DNA of 33,958 bases, taken from NCBI GenBank assembly GCA_045601605.1, contig JAZRZY010000130.1, positions 1-33,958 on the forward strand. The letters run 5' to 3'. The stretch is from Eubacteriales bacterium. Its GTDB lineage: Bacteria > Bacillota > Clostridia > Oscillospirales > SIG627. Positions 8,066 through 17,183 of this stretch are shown piece by piece (the stretch's first letter is position 1; every line of letters begins with the position of its first letter). A model generated the notes under the pieces. It did not search any database, had not been told where the DNA came from, and saw nothing but the letters and a program-made list of their open reading frames with translations. A program made the translations under genes and the position numbers.

Positions 8066-8458
8066 ATGCAATATCTTTTGGCATTTGTCGTCGGTGGTTT
8101 GTTTTGTGCGATCGGCGAAATTTTGATCCTGAAAACAAAATTGACCCCCGCGCGAATTCTTGTCGGATATGTGGTAAGCGGCGTTGTTCTGAGCGCACTC
8201 GGACTATATGGCACGCTGGTTGACATCGCAGGCGCGGGAGCAACGGTACCGTTAACCGGCTTCGGTCATCTTCTGGCTCAGGGCGTGCGCGAGGCAGTGG
8301 ATAAAAACGGTTTGTTCGGTGCAATCACGGGAGGGCTTGAGGCGTGTGCAGGCGGAATCGGCTCCGTCATTTTCTTTGCGCTTTTCACTTCCCTCTTTTT
8401 CCAATCAAAACCGGAAAGAAAACACAAAACTCCCAAAATATCTATTTACAAACGATAA
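8066..8458 (+). CDS. spoVAE: stage V sporulation protein AE (SpoVAEb)
   Basis: AFVVGGLFCAIGEILI..TKLTPARILV, AGAGATVPLTGFG; directly after spoVAD with an AAGGAG RBS. Confidence 0.93.
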   Translation: MQYLLAFVVGGLFCAIGEILILKTKLTPARILVGYVVSGVVLSALGLYGTLVDIAGAGATVPLTGFGHLLAQGVREAVDKNGLFGAITGGLEACAGGIGSVIFFALFTSLFFQSKPERKHKTPKISIYKR

Positions 8459-8473
8459 AATCAATAGTATAAT
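8445..8473 (+). promoter_or_regulatory. SigA promoter of prfB
   Basis: TTTACA-N17-TATAAT. Confidence 0.7.
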
Positions 8474-8508
8474 AAAGTGAACAATAAACAGATATTACGG
8501 AGAAACAA

Positions 8509-9624
8509 TTGGTACTGATTTTAGAACAGTCTCGCACTCGACTCAAGGAGATGCAAGACAACATTGAACTTCTCGCAAAATCGCTCGATGTTGATACGCT
8601 TGCAAAGGTTGTTGCAGAGCTCGAAGAGCAGACACAAGCACCCGATTTTTGGTCAGATCCCGCCGCTTCTCAGCAAATCCTCACCAAAATGAAGGTGCAC
8701 AAAGACAAACTCGACGGTTTTTTAAAGCTGAAGCGCGAATTTGAAAGTGTATCCGAACTGCTTGAACTTGCAATCGAAGCAGACGATGAATCTCTGACCG
8801 ATGAGATCCTTGCAGATATGGATAAGATCGACGCTCTCTACAGCGAGCAAAAGATTGCCCTCTTGCTTTCCGGCGAATATGATGCAAACAATGTCCTGAT
8901 CTCCATTCACCCCGGTGCCGGCGGCACGGAGGCGCAAGACTGGGCAAGTATGCTGTATCGTATGTACCAGCGTTTTGCAGAACGCCGCGGCTTCACCGCC
9001 AAGACTCTGGATTATCTGGACGGCGATGAAGCAGGGCTTAAGAGTGTCACCCTTCAAATCTCCGGCCCGTACGCTTACGGTTACTTAAAGAGCGAGGGCG
9101 GCGTACACCGCTTGGTGCGAGTTTCCCCTTTCGACTCTTCCGGTCGTCGCCACACTTCTTTCGCCTCCGTTGAGGTGATGCCCGAATTTACAGACGATTT
9201 GAACATCGAAATTCGGGAAGAAGATTTGAAAATCGAGGCGCATCGCTCTTCCGGCGCTGGTGGACAGCACGTCAACAAAACAGACTCTGCCATTCGCATT
9301 ACACACATCCCCACCGGAATTGTGGTCGGTTGTCAAACGGAACGCAGTCAACTGCAAAACAAAGAGACTGCAATGAAAATGCTCAAATCCAAGCTTGTTT
9401 ACATCAAGGTGCGAGAACACCTGGAAAAGGTAGCAGACATTCAGGGCGTTAAGGCAAACATCGAATGGGGCTCGCAGATACGTTCCTATGTGTTTATGCC
9501 CTACACCTTGGTGAAAGATCACCGCACAAATTGCGAAACCGGAGATGTTTCTCGCGTCATGGACGGCGATTTGGACGCCTTCATCAATGCTTATCTTCAG
9601 TATTCTGTGGATAATAAATCATAA
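8509..9624 (+). CDS. prfB: peptide chain release factor 2
   Basis: GAGGTEAQDWA, SPF recognition motif (RVSPFD..GRRHTSF), GGQ, WGSQIRSYV; a single uninterrupted ORF from TTG. Confidence 0.97.
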   Translation: MVLILEQSRTRLKEMQDNIELLAKSLDVDTLAKVVAELEEQTQAPDFWSDPAASQQILTKMKVHKDKLDGFLKLKREFESVSELLELAIEADDESLTDEILADMDKIDALYSEQKIALLLSGEYDANNVLISIHPGAGGTEAQDWASMLYRMYQRFAERRGFTAKTLDYLDGDEAGLKSVTLQISGPYAYGYLKSEGGVHRLVRVSPFDSSGRRHTSFASVEVMPEFTDDLNIEIREEDLKIEAHRSSGAGGQHVNKTDSAIRITHIPTGIVVGCQTERSQLQNKETAMKMLKSKLVYIKVREHLEKVADIQGVKANIEWGSQIRSYVFMPYTLVKDHRTNCETGDVSRVMDGDLDAFINAYLQYSVDNKS

Positions 9625-9638
9625 AAAGGAGAATTGCC

Positions 9639-9947
9639 ATGTTTAAGAAAACAAAATCCATCGTTGCTGCCACGCTCGTTGCGCAGTCTTTCCTCTGCTT
9701 CATTCTCTCTTTGATCTATATGAAGACCAAAAAAGGCTTTTCCAAAACATGCGCCGTTCTCGGTGTGGCGGGCGGAATCGCCGGCGGTGTCATTCTGTTT
9801 GACGAATATCGCAAAGAACTCGCAAAACGTCGCGCCATCTTGGAAGATCTGGACTACGAAGACGACGAGGACGACTTCTTTATGGACGAAGGACAGATCG
9901 ATGATATCGACTGCTCCATCCAATCCGATGACGAAATCGCCTTTTGA
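9639..9947 (+). CDS. hypothetical small membrane protein with acidic C-tail
   Basis: AAGGAG RBS, two hydrophobic segments, D/E-rich tail, followed by a terminator. Confidence 0.75.
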   Translation: MFKKTKSIVAATLVAQSFLCFILSLIYMKTKKGFSKTCAVLGVAGGIAGGVILFDEYRKELAKRRAILEDLDYEDDEDDFFMDEGQIDDIDCSIQSDDEIAF

Positions 9948-9960
9948 GTGATTCAAGACA

Positions 9961-9997
9961 TATAAAAAAGCGGTGCTGAATGCACCGCTTTTTTATA
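9961..9997. terminator. bidirectional intrinsic terminator
   Basis: TATAAAAAAGCGGTGC-TGAAT-GCACCGCTTTTTTATA. Confidence 0.85.
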
Positions 9998-10505
9998 TGT
10001 CTTCCGCCTCATAGACGGCTTTGGAATTGGGATAGCACGTGATATCATAGATCGTTTGATTTTTGCTGCCGCGAAATTTGAGCGCAAGGTCACGTTCTTC
10101 AAGAAGAAACGGGCCGTCAACGAGATAATTTCCGACTGTCAACAGCGCTTTCACATCCGGGTCATCCGAGGCCATTTCCAACAGCTTTTCAAGCGTATAT
10201 CCGCTGTATAGAAAGATGTCGTATCCGTCGCGCCGAAGCAAACTTCCGAGTTTTGCAAGCGCACGCGCTTGGCAAAAGGGCTCCCCTCCGCTGAAAGTTA
10301 CCCCTTTCAGAAGCGGGTTTGCGCGAATCATTTGATAGAGTTCATCAACGGAAATCACGCGACCGACGCCGAACTCGTGCGTTTCGGGATTGTGGCATCC
10401 GGGACAATGATGCGGGCAACCTTGGACAAAGATTGTAAACCGCACGCCCGGACCGTCAACGATGGACTCTTCGGCAATTCCCGCAATATTTAAGGTATCG
10501 TTCAT
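9993..10505 (-). CDS. nrdG: anaerobic ribonucleoside-triphosphate reductase activating protein
   Basis: ESIVDGPGVR, radical SAM CxxxCxxC (CPHHCPGC), GVTFSGGEPF, FRGSKNQ. Confidence 0.96.
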   Translation of the reverse strand: MNDTLNIAGIAEESIVDGPGVRFTIFVQGCPHHCPGCHNPETHEFGVGRVISVDELYQMIRANPLLKGVTFSGGEPFCQARALAKLGSLLRRDGYDIFLYSGYTLEKLLEMASDDPDVKALLTVGNYLVDGPFLLEERDLALKFRGSKNQTIYDITCYPNSKAVYEAEDI

Positions 10506-12832
10506 TCGATAGAAACCTTAAAGTGCTTGACGCGATCTTGCTCTTCGCTTCTCTTGGCATTGTTGAAATGATCCAGAGTGCCGACAAGGTATCCCGTAAT
10601 TCTGCGAATGCGCTCGATCGGCGGTCCACCATCCGCATCCGTGCGCCCGCATCCCGGACAGACGTTATGGATAATGCCGGTATATCCGCAAACGGGGTCG
10701 CGATCCACCGGATGATTGATTGAGCCGTAACCGATGCCCGCATTTTTCATTTGGCGAACGATTGCTTCAAACGCATCGGGGTTCGCTTGCGGATCCCCAT
10801 CCAATTCAACGTAGGTGATATGGCCGCCGTTGGTTAATTCGTGATACGGTGCCTCAATCTCGATTTTTTGCTTTGCGCTGATCGGGAAATACACGGGAAC
10901 GTGGAAAGAGTTGGTGTAATAATCGCGGTCACACACGCCCGGGATGGCACCGAATATTTCGCGATCCAAACGCACAAAGCGCCCCGAAAGCCCTTCCGCA
11001 GGAGTTGCGATCAAGCTGAAATTCAAGCCGTATTTGCGTGTTTTTTCATCGCAGAGCTTGCGCATATGAGCAATGATTTCCAGACCGAGACTTTGTGCCT
11101 CCGGGGACTGTCCGTGGTGCTTGCCGGTCAGCGCGACCAACGCTTCCGCGAGGCCGATGAAGCCAACCGTCAAAGTGCCGTGTTTGAGCACTTCTTCTAC
11201 CCGATCCTGATACGTTAGCTTTTCGGAATCGATCCAAATCCCCTGTCCCATCAAGAACGGGAAGTTATAAACGCAACGATCCGATTGCAGCTTCAAACGC
11301 TCCAAGAGTTGCTCAAAGACCAAATCCATCTTACGATCCAGATCGTCGAAAAATACGTCTTGGTTTTTGTTTGCTTTGATGGCAAGGCGCGGTAAATTGA
11401 TCGAGGTGAAGCTCAAGTTGCCGCGACCGCTTGTGATTTCACGATCGGGGTCAAAATGATTGGCAATGACGCGGGTGCGGCATCCCATATAGGCAACTTC
11501 CGTCTCAGGTCTTCCCTCGCGGTAATACTGTGCATTGAACGGAGCGTCCAAAAAGGAGAAATTCGGGAAGAGACGCTTTGCCGAGACTTTACAGGCAAGC
11601 TTAAACAGATCGTAATTGGGATCGCCGGGATTTGCGGAAACACCGTCTTTTACCTTAAAGATTTGGATGGGGAAAATCGGGGTTTCGCCGTTGCCGAGCC
11701 CACTTTCGGTTGCCAAAAGCAAGGAGCGAATCAAAAGTCGGCCTTCCGGCGAAGTATCGGTGCCGTAATTGACGGAAGAAAACGGGATCTGGGCACCTGC
11801 GCGAGAGTGCATCGTATTCAGGTTGTGAATAAAGGCCTCCATCGCCTGATAAGTGCTGCGCTCTGTTTCGGATGCGGCAAATTTACGGGTGAACGTGAGC
11901 ATTTGTCGTGCTTTTTCAGGTGCATAATGTTGGAGAAGCTCTTCATAAAGCGCATTGTGGAAGCTTTCCGGCATCTCCAACGCCGCGCCGCAACCGCACT
12001 TTTCCTCGGCGTGTAAGATCAAATCGGGTATAAGCGTTCCTGCGTTTGCTTCCATAGCGAGCAGTTCTGCGGATTTAATTAAATTCTGTCGGAAATGACG
12101 ACGGTACGTCTTCTTGATTCCGGGAGTCATCGCAAAATCAAAGTTCGGAACGCTTTGCCCGCCGTGCTGATCGTTTTGGTTAGCTTGGATTGCAATACAC
12201 GCCAACGCACTGTAGCTTTGGATATCGGAAGGCTCACGCAAAAAGCCGTGTCCGGTGGAAAATCCGCCCGAAAAGAGCTTGGTCAAATCGATCTGACAGC
12301 AAGTGGTTGTAAAACCATAAAAATCCAAATCATGAATGTGAATATCACCGACTTCATGCGCTTTTGCGAACGCCGGATCCAAAACATACATTGAATAGAA
12401 CTGCTTTGCACCTTCAGAACCATACTTCAACATCGTTCCCATGGCGGTGTCACCGTCGATGTTGGCGTTTTCTCGTTTCAGATCGCTGCTCTTTGCGTTT
12501 TTAAAGGTGAGGTCCTCATACGTCTTCATAAGACGGGTGTTCATCTCGCGCACCTTGGTGCGCTGTGCACGGTACAGAATATACTCTTTTGCCGTGCGAG
12601 CATGCCCCGTTTCCATCAACACTTTCTCAACGCAGTCCTGCACCTGTTCCACGGTGGGTACAGTTCCCCTATGGCTCTCATCCAATCGATCCGCAACCAT
12701 CTCGGACAGCTTCAGCGCGGTACTGTAATCCTTCCCGCCGACTGCTTGAGCTGCCTTATAAATCGCATTGGTGATTTTCTCGATGTTGAACGCAACCTCG
12801 CGGCCGTCGCGCTTAATGATTTTAGTAATCAA
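10502..12832 (-). CDS. nrdD: class III anaerobic ribonucleoside-triphosphate reductase with ATP cone
   Basis: N-terminal ATP cone (IIKRDGR), IHIHDLD, TTCC, YMGCRT, ATPAEGLS, glycyl-radical RITGYL. Confidence 0.97.
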   Translation of the reverse strand: MITKIIKRDGREVAFNIEKITNAIYKAAQAVGGKDYSTALKLSEMVADRLDESHRGTVPTVEQVQDCVEKVLMETGHARTAKEYILYRAQRTKVREMNTRLMKTYEDLTFKNAKSSDLKRENANIDGDTAMGTMLKYGSEGAKQFYSMYVLDPAFAKAHEVGDIHIHDLDFYGFTTTCCQIDLTKLFSGGFSTGHGFLREPSDIQSYSALACIAIQANQNDQHGGQSVPNFDFAMTPGIKKTYRRHFRQNLIKSAELLAMEANAGTLIPDLILHAEEKCGCGAALEMPESFHNALYEELLQHYAPEKARQMLTFTRKFAASETERSTYQAMEAFIHNLNTMHSRAGAQIPFSSVNYGTDTSPEGRLLIRSLLLATESGLGNGETPIFPIQIFKVKDGVSANPGDPNYDLFKLACKVSAKRLFPNFSFLDAPFNAQYYREGRPETEVAYMGCRTRVIANHFDPDREITSGRGNLSFTSINLPRLAIKANKNQDVFFDDLDRKMDLVFEQLLERLKLQSDRCVYNFPFLMGQGIWIDSEKLTYQDRVEEVLKHGTLTVGFIGLAEALVALTGKHHGQSPEAQSLGLEIIAHMRKLCDEKTRKYGLNFSLIATPAEGLSGRFVRLDREIFGAIPGVCDRDYYTNSFHVPVYFPISAKQKIEIEAPYHELTNGGHITYVELDGDPQANPDAFEAIVRQMKNAGIGYGSINHPVDRDPVCGYTGIIHNVCPGCGRTDADGGPPIERIRRITGYLVGTLDHFNNAKRSEEQDRVKHFKVSIE

Positions 12833-12873
12833 TGTATGCCTCCAATTAGGTGGGTTTCAAATTATTTCGATTC

Positions 12874-12902
12874 ATCTTACCACAATATATTGATATTGTC
12901 AA
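12874..12902 (-). promoter_or_regulatory. SigA promoter of nrdDG
   Basis: TTGACA-N17-TAAGAT with TGn. Confidence 0.75.
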
Positions 12903-12936
12903 CGCATAAAGCCCCCTTCTTCCACCAAATTTTGGG
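12879..12936. promoter_or_regulatory. tandem NrdR boxes
   Basis: ACCACAATATATTGAT (12879-12894) and weaker TCCACCAAATTTTGGG (12921-12936), 42 bp apart, at the nrdD promoter. Confidence 0.7.
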
Positions 12937-12977
12937 TTTTGGGTATATGGCGCGCAAAACACGCAAAAACTGTTTTT

Positions 12978-14408
12978 ATGATGAAAACAGAAAAGCGTAT
13001 TGATCAAATTTGCGAACGTTTCAAACAAGAACTGCACGTTGGGATCTCGCTGGATACCAAGTGGGGATCGTTTGTACTCGGCGGTCACATTTGCTATTAT
13101 TTTTATATTGAAGGCTTTTTGAACAAGCAAGCGCTTGAGCGCGTGATGACGGTTGCTCCCACTCTTCAGGAAAGCGCTTGGGAATCGAGCGGGTGTGCGC
13201 TTGAATTTGTGCAAAAACACTTGCATTTCAGCGAATGTGTCAATGTGAATTTCACAGATGCAATCAATCGCATTTTAGCAGGTTTTTTGGTGCTGGTTTT
13301 TGAGGGGTTTGAGGACGAGTTTTTATCCGTCGAACTGCGAACGACGCCCCAACGATCCATTCAGGAACCGAGCAAAGGGAAAACTCTGCGCGGCCCGCAC
13401 GAAGGCTTTTGCGAAAACATCGTCACCAACCTTGCCCTTTTGCGTCGTCGCATCAAAACGACCAAACTGATCACGCGTGAGTTTGTGGTAGGCAAATACA
13501 CTCAAACCAGAATTGCGCTCTGTTATCTTGAGGGCATTGCGGATGAAAGTCACGTCAAAAACATCACAGAAAAGCTCGGGAACCTGAACTGTAATGCAAT
13601 CTGTATGGGAGAAGAAAGCATAACGGAACGCCTCTTTTACCGCAAAAACGCTTCGCTTTTCAATCCCCTGCCGCGTGTTCGGTTTTCCGAACGTCCCGAC
13701 ACCTGCAGTGCAGAACTTTTGGAGGGAAAGATCGTTCTTCTGGTGGACACCACTCCGAATGCGATCATTCTGCCGATCAATCTGTTTGATTTCTTTGAAG
13801 AGTGTGACAACTATTATTTCCCGCCCGCAACCGCAACCTATCTCAAAACGATACGGTTTCTCGGAATTCTCGCCGCCGTCTTCTTGATCCCCATTTGGCT
13901 TTTGGTACTCAATCAAAGCTCCTATGTGCCAGACAGCCTTGCATTCATTTTGGTCCAAGATCCGTATGCGGTTCCGATCTTTTTACAGTTGATTCTAATC
14001 GAAATTGCAATTGATTCCTTAAAGCTCGCATCGCTCAACACACCGGAACCTCTGGCCAATTCACTAAGTGTCGTCGGAGGCCTTTTGCTGGGCGATTTTG
14101 CAGTCAAAAGCGGCTGGTTCGTTCCGCAGACGATCTTATATTCCGCGATCGCAACCATCCTGAATTTTATTCCGAATAATTACGAACTTGGATACAGCTT
14201 GAAATTTTGGCGCATCGGCCTCATTGTGTTAGTGCAGTTGTTCGGAATCTGGGGGCTGCTCGGGGGAACGCTCAGCGTGATCCTGTTTCTTGCCGCAATG
14301 CGAAATTCCGCAAACGACTCTTATCTCTCCCCCGTTTTCCCCCTTCGCATCCGCGCATTAGCTAAAATCTTCATACAAACGTTGCGCGGAAAAGAAGATG
14401 AAAATTAA
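12978..14408 (+). CDS. spoVAF: spore germination protein, GerA/SpoVAF family
   Basis: RSIQEP...LRGPHEGF.E....NLALLRRRI, SERPD, LLEGKIVLLVDTTP, LKLASLNTP..L..SLSVVGGLLLGDFAVKSGWF. Start is ATG 12978 or 12981. Confidence 0.85.
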   Translation: MMKTEKRIDQICERFKQELHVGISLDTKWGSFVLGGHICYYFYIEGFLNKQALERVMTVAPTLQESAWESSGCALEFVQKHLHFSECVNVNFTDAINRILAGFLVLVFEGFEDEFLSVELRTTPQRSIQEPSKGKTLRGPHEGFCENIVTNLALLRRRIKTTKLITREFVVGKYTQTRIALCYLEGIADESHVKNITEKLGNLNCNAICMGEESITERLFYRKNASLFNPLPRVRFSERPDTCSAELLEGKIVLLVDTTPNAIILPINLFDFFEECDNYYFPPATATYLKTIRFLGILAAVFLIPIWLLVLNQSSYVPDSLAFILVQDPYAVPIFLQLILIEIAIDSLKLASLNTPEPLANSLSVVGGLLLGDFAVKSGWFVPQTILYSAIATILNFIPNNYELGYSLKFWRIGLIVLVQLFGIWGLLGGTLSVILFLAAMRNSANDSYLSPVFPLRIRALAKIFIQTLRGKEDEN

Positions 14409-14412
14409 GCAT

Positions 14413-14447
14413 AAAAAAAGCACCTGCCGATTGCAGGTGCTTTTTTT
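14413..14447. terminator. bidirectional intrinsic terminator
   Basis: AAAAAAAGCACCTGC-CGATT-GCAGGTGCTTTTTTT. Confidence 0.88.
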
Positions 14448-14455
14448 GCTTAAAA

Positions 14456-16462
14456 TTATTCCGCAGCAGCTTCTTCTGCCTCTGCAGCAGCTTCTTCGGC
14501 TTCTGCAACAGGAGCCGCTGCCTCTTCCGTCGCCGCTTCTTCCTCAGCAAGAAGAGAACGCATAGAAAGACTGATCTTCTTCGTCTCGTGATTGATTCCG
14601 ATGATCTCGGCATCGACCACTTCACCGATGGTCAGAACATCCTGCGGCTTGGTGAGATGCTTGTTGGTGATCTGAGAGATATGGATCAGACCGTCAACGC
14701 CGGGCAGAACCTCGGCAAAAGCACCGAACGGAGTCATATTGACGATGGTAACCTTCGCGACGTCACCCTCTTTGTACTGAGCGGTAAAGGAGTTCCAAGG
14801 ATTGTCTGCTTCGGTCTTGTAGCCAAGGCTGATCTTCTTGGTTTCCATATTGACGTCCTTGACATAGACGGTGATTTCCTGACCGATGGAAACCACTTCG
14901 CTCGGGTGGGAAAGGCGCTTCCAAGAAAGTTCGGTGATGTGAACCATACCATCGGCACCGCCGAGATCCACGAAAGCACCGTAAGAGGTGATGGATTTCA
15001 CAGTACCGGTATAGACCTTACCGACTTCGATGGCGCCCCAGAATTCTTCCGCCATAGCGCGGCGTTTTTCACGCTGGACCGCACGGATGGAACCGACAGT
15101 GCGACGCTTTTGCTCATCAAGCTCAACAAGCTTGAATTCGACGGACTGACCGACCAACGTATGCAGATCAGCCTCCTTGGGCAGACCGGTCAAGGAGCCG
15201 GGCACGAAGATGTTTTGATTTTCCCAAGCAACCAGAATGCCGCCCTTGATAGCTGCGGAGACGGTGCCGGTGAGAATGGCATCGCTGTTATGAGCTTCCA
15301 CGATCTTCTGCCAACCGGCACGGTTATCGAGTTTCTTCTTGGAAACGAGGACGGTGCCGTCTGCATCGTTAAATTTCTGAACGAGCACGGTTACTTCGTC
15401 GCCGACGGAGAAATGGTCGGCCAAAACGAAGGAAGTGTCATCGCTGACTTCGCCCTGAGGGAGAATACCGGTATGTTTGACGCCGAGATCGACATGCATT
15501 TCTGCCGGCAAAATACGAGTAATGATACCGGTAGCAACCTCACCGGAAGAGAGGGTTTTGAAAGACTGGTTTAACAGTTCCTCAAAGCTGAGAGTTTCTT
15601 CAATGTTGTTGATGTCTGTCATGTAATACACGACCTCCTGGATTATTCTGCGAGGAGTGGAAGCTCCTGCAGTGATGCCCACCCGATCGGATGAGCATAT
15701 GACCCCTTGGGGTATATCGCCTGCGCGCTCAATGTGGATCGTCTTGCAGTGGCGCGCGGAGATCTCTGCAAGTTTTTGTGTGTTTGAACTGTGCGTTCCT
15801 CCGATGACAATCATCAAATCGGATTTTTGCGCCAGCTCTACGGCATCCGCTTGGCGTTTCTCCGTCGCCTCGCAGACGGTGTCGTAAATCACGGCATCGG
15901 GTGCATGTAGGAGGACAAAGTCACTCACAGCACGAAACAGGGCGTGATTTGCGGTGGTTTGAGACAACAACACGATGTGCCGTTGATATGAAAACAATTC
16001 AGGCTTCAGATCCTCAAGTGAAGAAATGATCGAAACTCGATTGGAAGCTACGTTTGATACAAGAGCCTCAACCTCGGGATGCCGTGCATCTCCGACAATG
16101 AGAAAATACGTTGATTCATCCTCTGATTCGCGACGAAGGATTTCGTGGCCGCGCCTCACAAAGGGACAGGTCGCATCATAAACGACGGCGCCTTGTTTCT
16201 TAAGCTTCTCTCTCAAATGGACCGGAACGCCGTGGGTACGAAGTACCACTCGCGCACCGGGAGGCAAAGAATCGATCTCATCCTCTTCCAAGACCTTTAC
16301 ACCGCGATTACACAACGCCTCAATGTAATCGCGATTGTGAATGAGCTCTCCCAGCGTGTATAAGGGAGATTGGGCGTCCTCGATTAAAAGGCGCTCCATC
16401 AACTCGTCCGCACGGCGCACCCCAAAGCAAAAGCCGGCGTGCTTGGAGACAACAAGCTTCAC
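14456..16462 (-). CDS. ispH-rpsA: bifunctional IspH (HMBPP reductase) / 30S ribosomal protein S1
   Basis: AGFCFGV, DATCPFV, DTVCEAT, SSNT and GITAGASTP, then four S1 repeats (YGAFVDLGGADGMVHITELSW; FGAFAEVLPGVDGLIHISQI). Confidence 0.95.
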   Translation of the reverse strand: MKLVVSKHAGFCFGVRRADELMERLLIEDAQSPLYTLGELIHNRDYIEALCNRGVKVLEEDEIDSLPPGARVVLRTHGVPVHLREKLKKQGAVVYDATCPFVRRGHEILRRESEDESTYFLIVGDARHPEVEALVSNVASNRVSIISSLEDLKPELFSYQRHIVLLSQTTANHALFRAVSDFVLLHAPDAVIYDTVCEATEKRQADAVELAQKSDLMIVIGGTHSSNTQKLAEISARHCKTIHIERAGDIPQGVICSSDRVGITAGASTPRRIIQEVVYYMTDINNIEETLSFEELLNQSFKTLSSGEVATGIITRILPAEMHVDLGVKHTGILPQGEVSDDTSFVLADHFSVGDEVTVLVQKFNDADGTVLVSKKKLDNRAGWQKIVEAHNSDAILTGTVSAAIKGGILVAWENQNIFVPGSLTGLPKEADLHTLVGQSVEFKLVELDEQKRRTVGSIRAVQREKRRAMAEEFWGAIEVGKVYTGTVKSITSYGAFVDLGGADGMVHITELSWKRLSHPSEVVSIGQEITVYVKDVNMETKKISLGYKTEADNPWNSFTAQYKEGDVAKVTIVNMTPFGAFAEVLPGVDGLIHISQITNKHLTKPQDVLTIGEVVDAEIIGINHETKKISLSMRSLLAEEEAATEEAAAPVAEAEEAAAEAEEAAAE

Positions 16463-17082
16463 GTGCGTGCACCGGAGCCAAGATCCGCAAGTGCTTCTTC
16501 GGCGAGGGCGGAAATGCGCTCTTTTAGAATCTGAGTGTTGCGTTCGATCGCCGTGCGATCACGATCCCGTTCAAAGAAAAGCGGGTTGCCGCAATGCAGG
16601 CGAACTTTTCGGAACCAGCGAACGCGGTAGTTTTTGGTTGCGACACCGATCGGAAAGATCGGCACCTTCGCCGTCATTGCCATATAAGCGGCACCGCTTT
16701 CAAAATGGCTTTCGGAAGGCGGCGCATCGGGGCAACGGGTTCCTTGGGGATAAATCCCGATCACGTGGCCGTCCTTGAGAAGCGCAAGGGCCGTTCGCAA
16801 AGCGGAAAAGTCATTGGCATCACGATCCACAGAGACCGCCCCGACCGTCCTTAAGCACCAACCGACGAGCGGCTTTGTAAACAAACTGGAACGTGCCATA
16901 AAAGTGAGGTGGCGATTCGGTACGGAAGCAGCTAAAAAAATCGCATCCCAAAAGGACATATGATTGACTGCCAGAATAAAACCGCCTTCATCGGGAATTT
17001 TATCAACTCCAACCGCACGAAAACGGAACAAAAAACGCAAAAGTACGCGCGCACAGGCGCGCAAAAAAGCATAGAGACGCAT
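16459..17082 (-). CDS. plsC: 1-acyl-sn-glycerol-3-phosphate acyltransferase
   Basis: NHMSFWD (NHxxxxD) and IYPQGTR motifs; directly upstream of ispH-rpsA. Confidence 0.9.
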   Translation of the reverse strand: MRLYAFLRACARVLLRFLFRFRAVGVDKIPDEGGFILAVNHMSFWDAIFLAASVPNRHLTFMARSSLFTKPLVGWCLRTVGAVSVDRDANDFSALRTALALLKDGHVIGIYPQGTRCPDAPPSESHFESGAAYMAMTAKVPIFPIGVATKNYRVRWFRKVRLHCGNPLFFERDRDRTAIERNTQILKERISALAEEALADLGSGART

Positions 17083-17138
17083 CGGAAAAATCGTGTTCTC
17101 CTATGTCAAATATTTATAAATTGGTAAATCTTTAACAC

Positions 17139-17167
17139 ATTATACTGTATTTTTTTCTTTTCGTCAA
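17139..17167 (-). promoter_or_regulatory. SigA promoter of plsC-ispH/rpsA
   Basis: TTGACG-N17-TATAAT. Confidence 0.75.
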
Positions 17168-17183
17168 GTCATTTTGTGATTTT

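Noticed and set aside
8060-8068. The spoVAD TAG stop is in frame with the spoVAE ATG, so readthrough would give a fusion
   Set aside because: spoVAD ends at its normal C-terminus and spoVAE has its own AAGGAG RBS; in-frame spacing has a 1-in-3 chance.
14588-15574. 328-aa plus-strand ORF
   Set aside because: Antisense shadow of the codon-biased S1 region.
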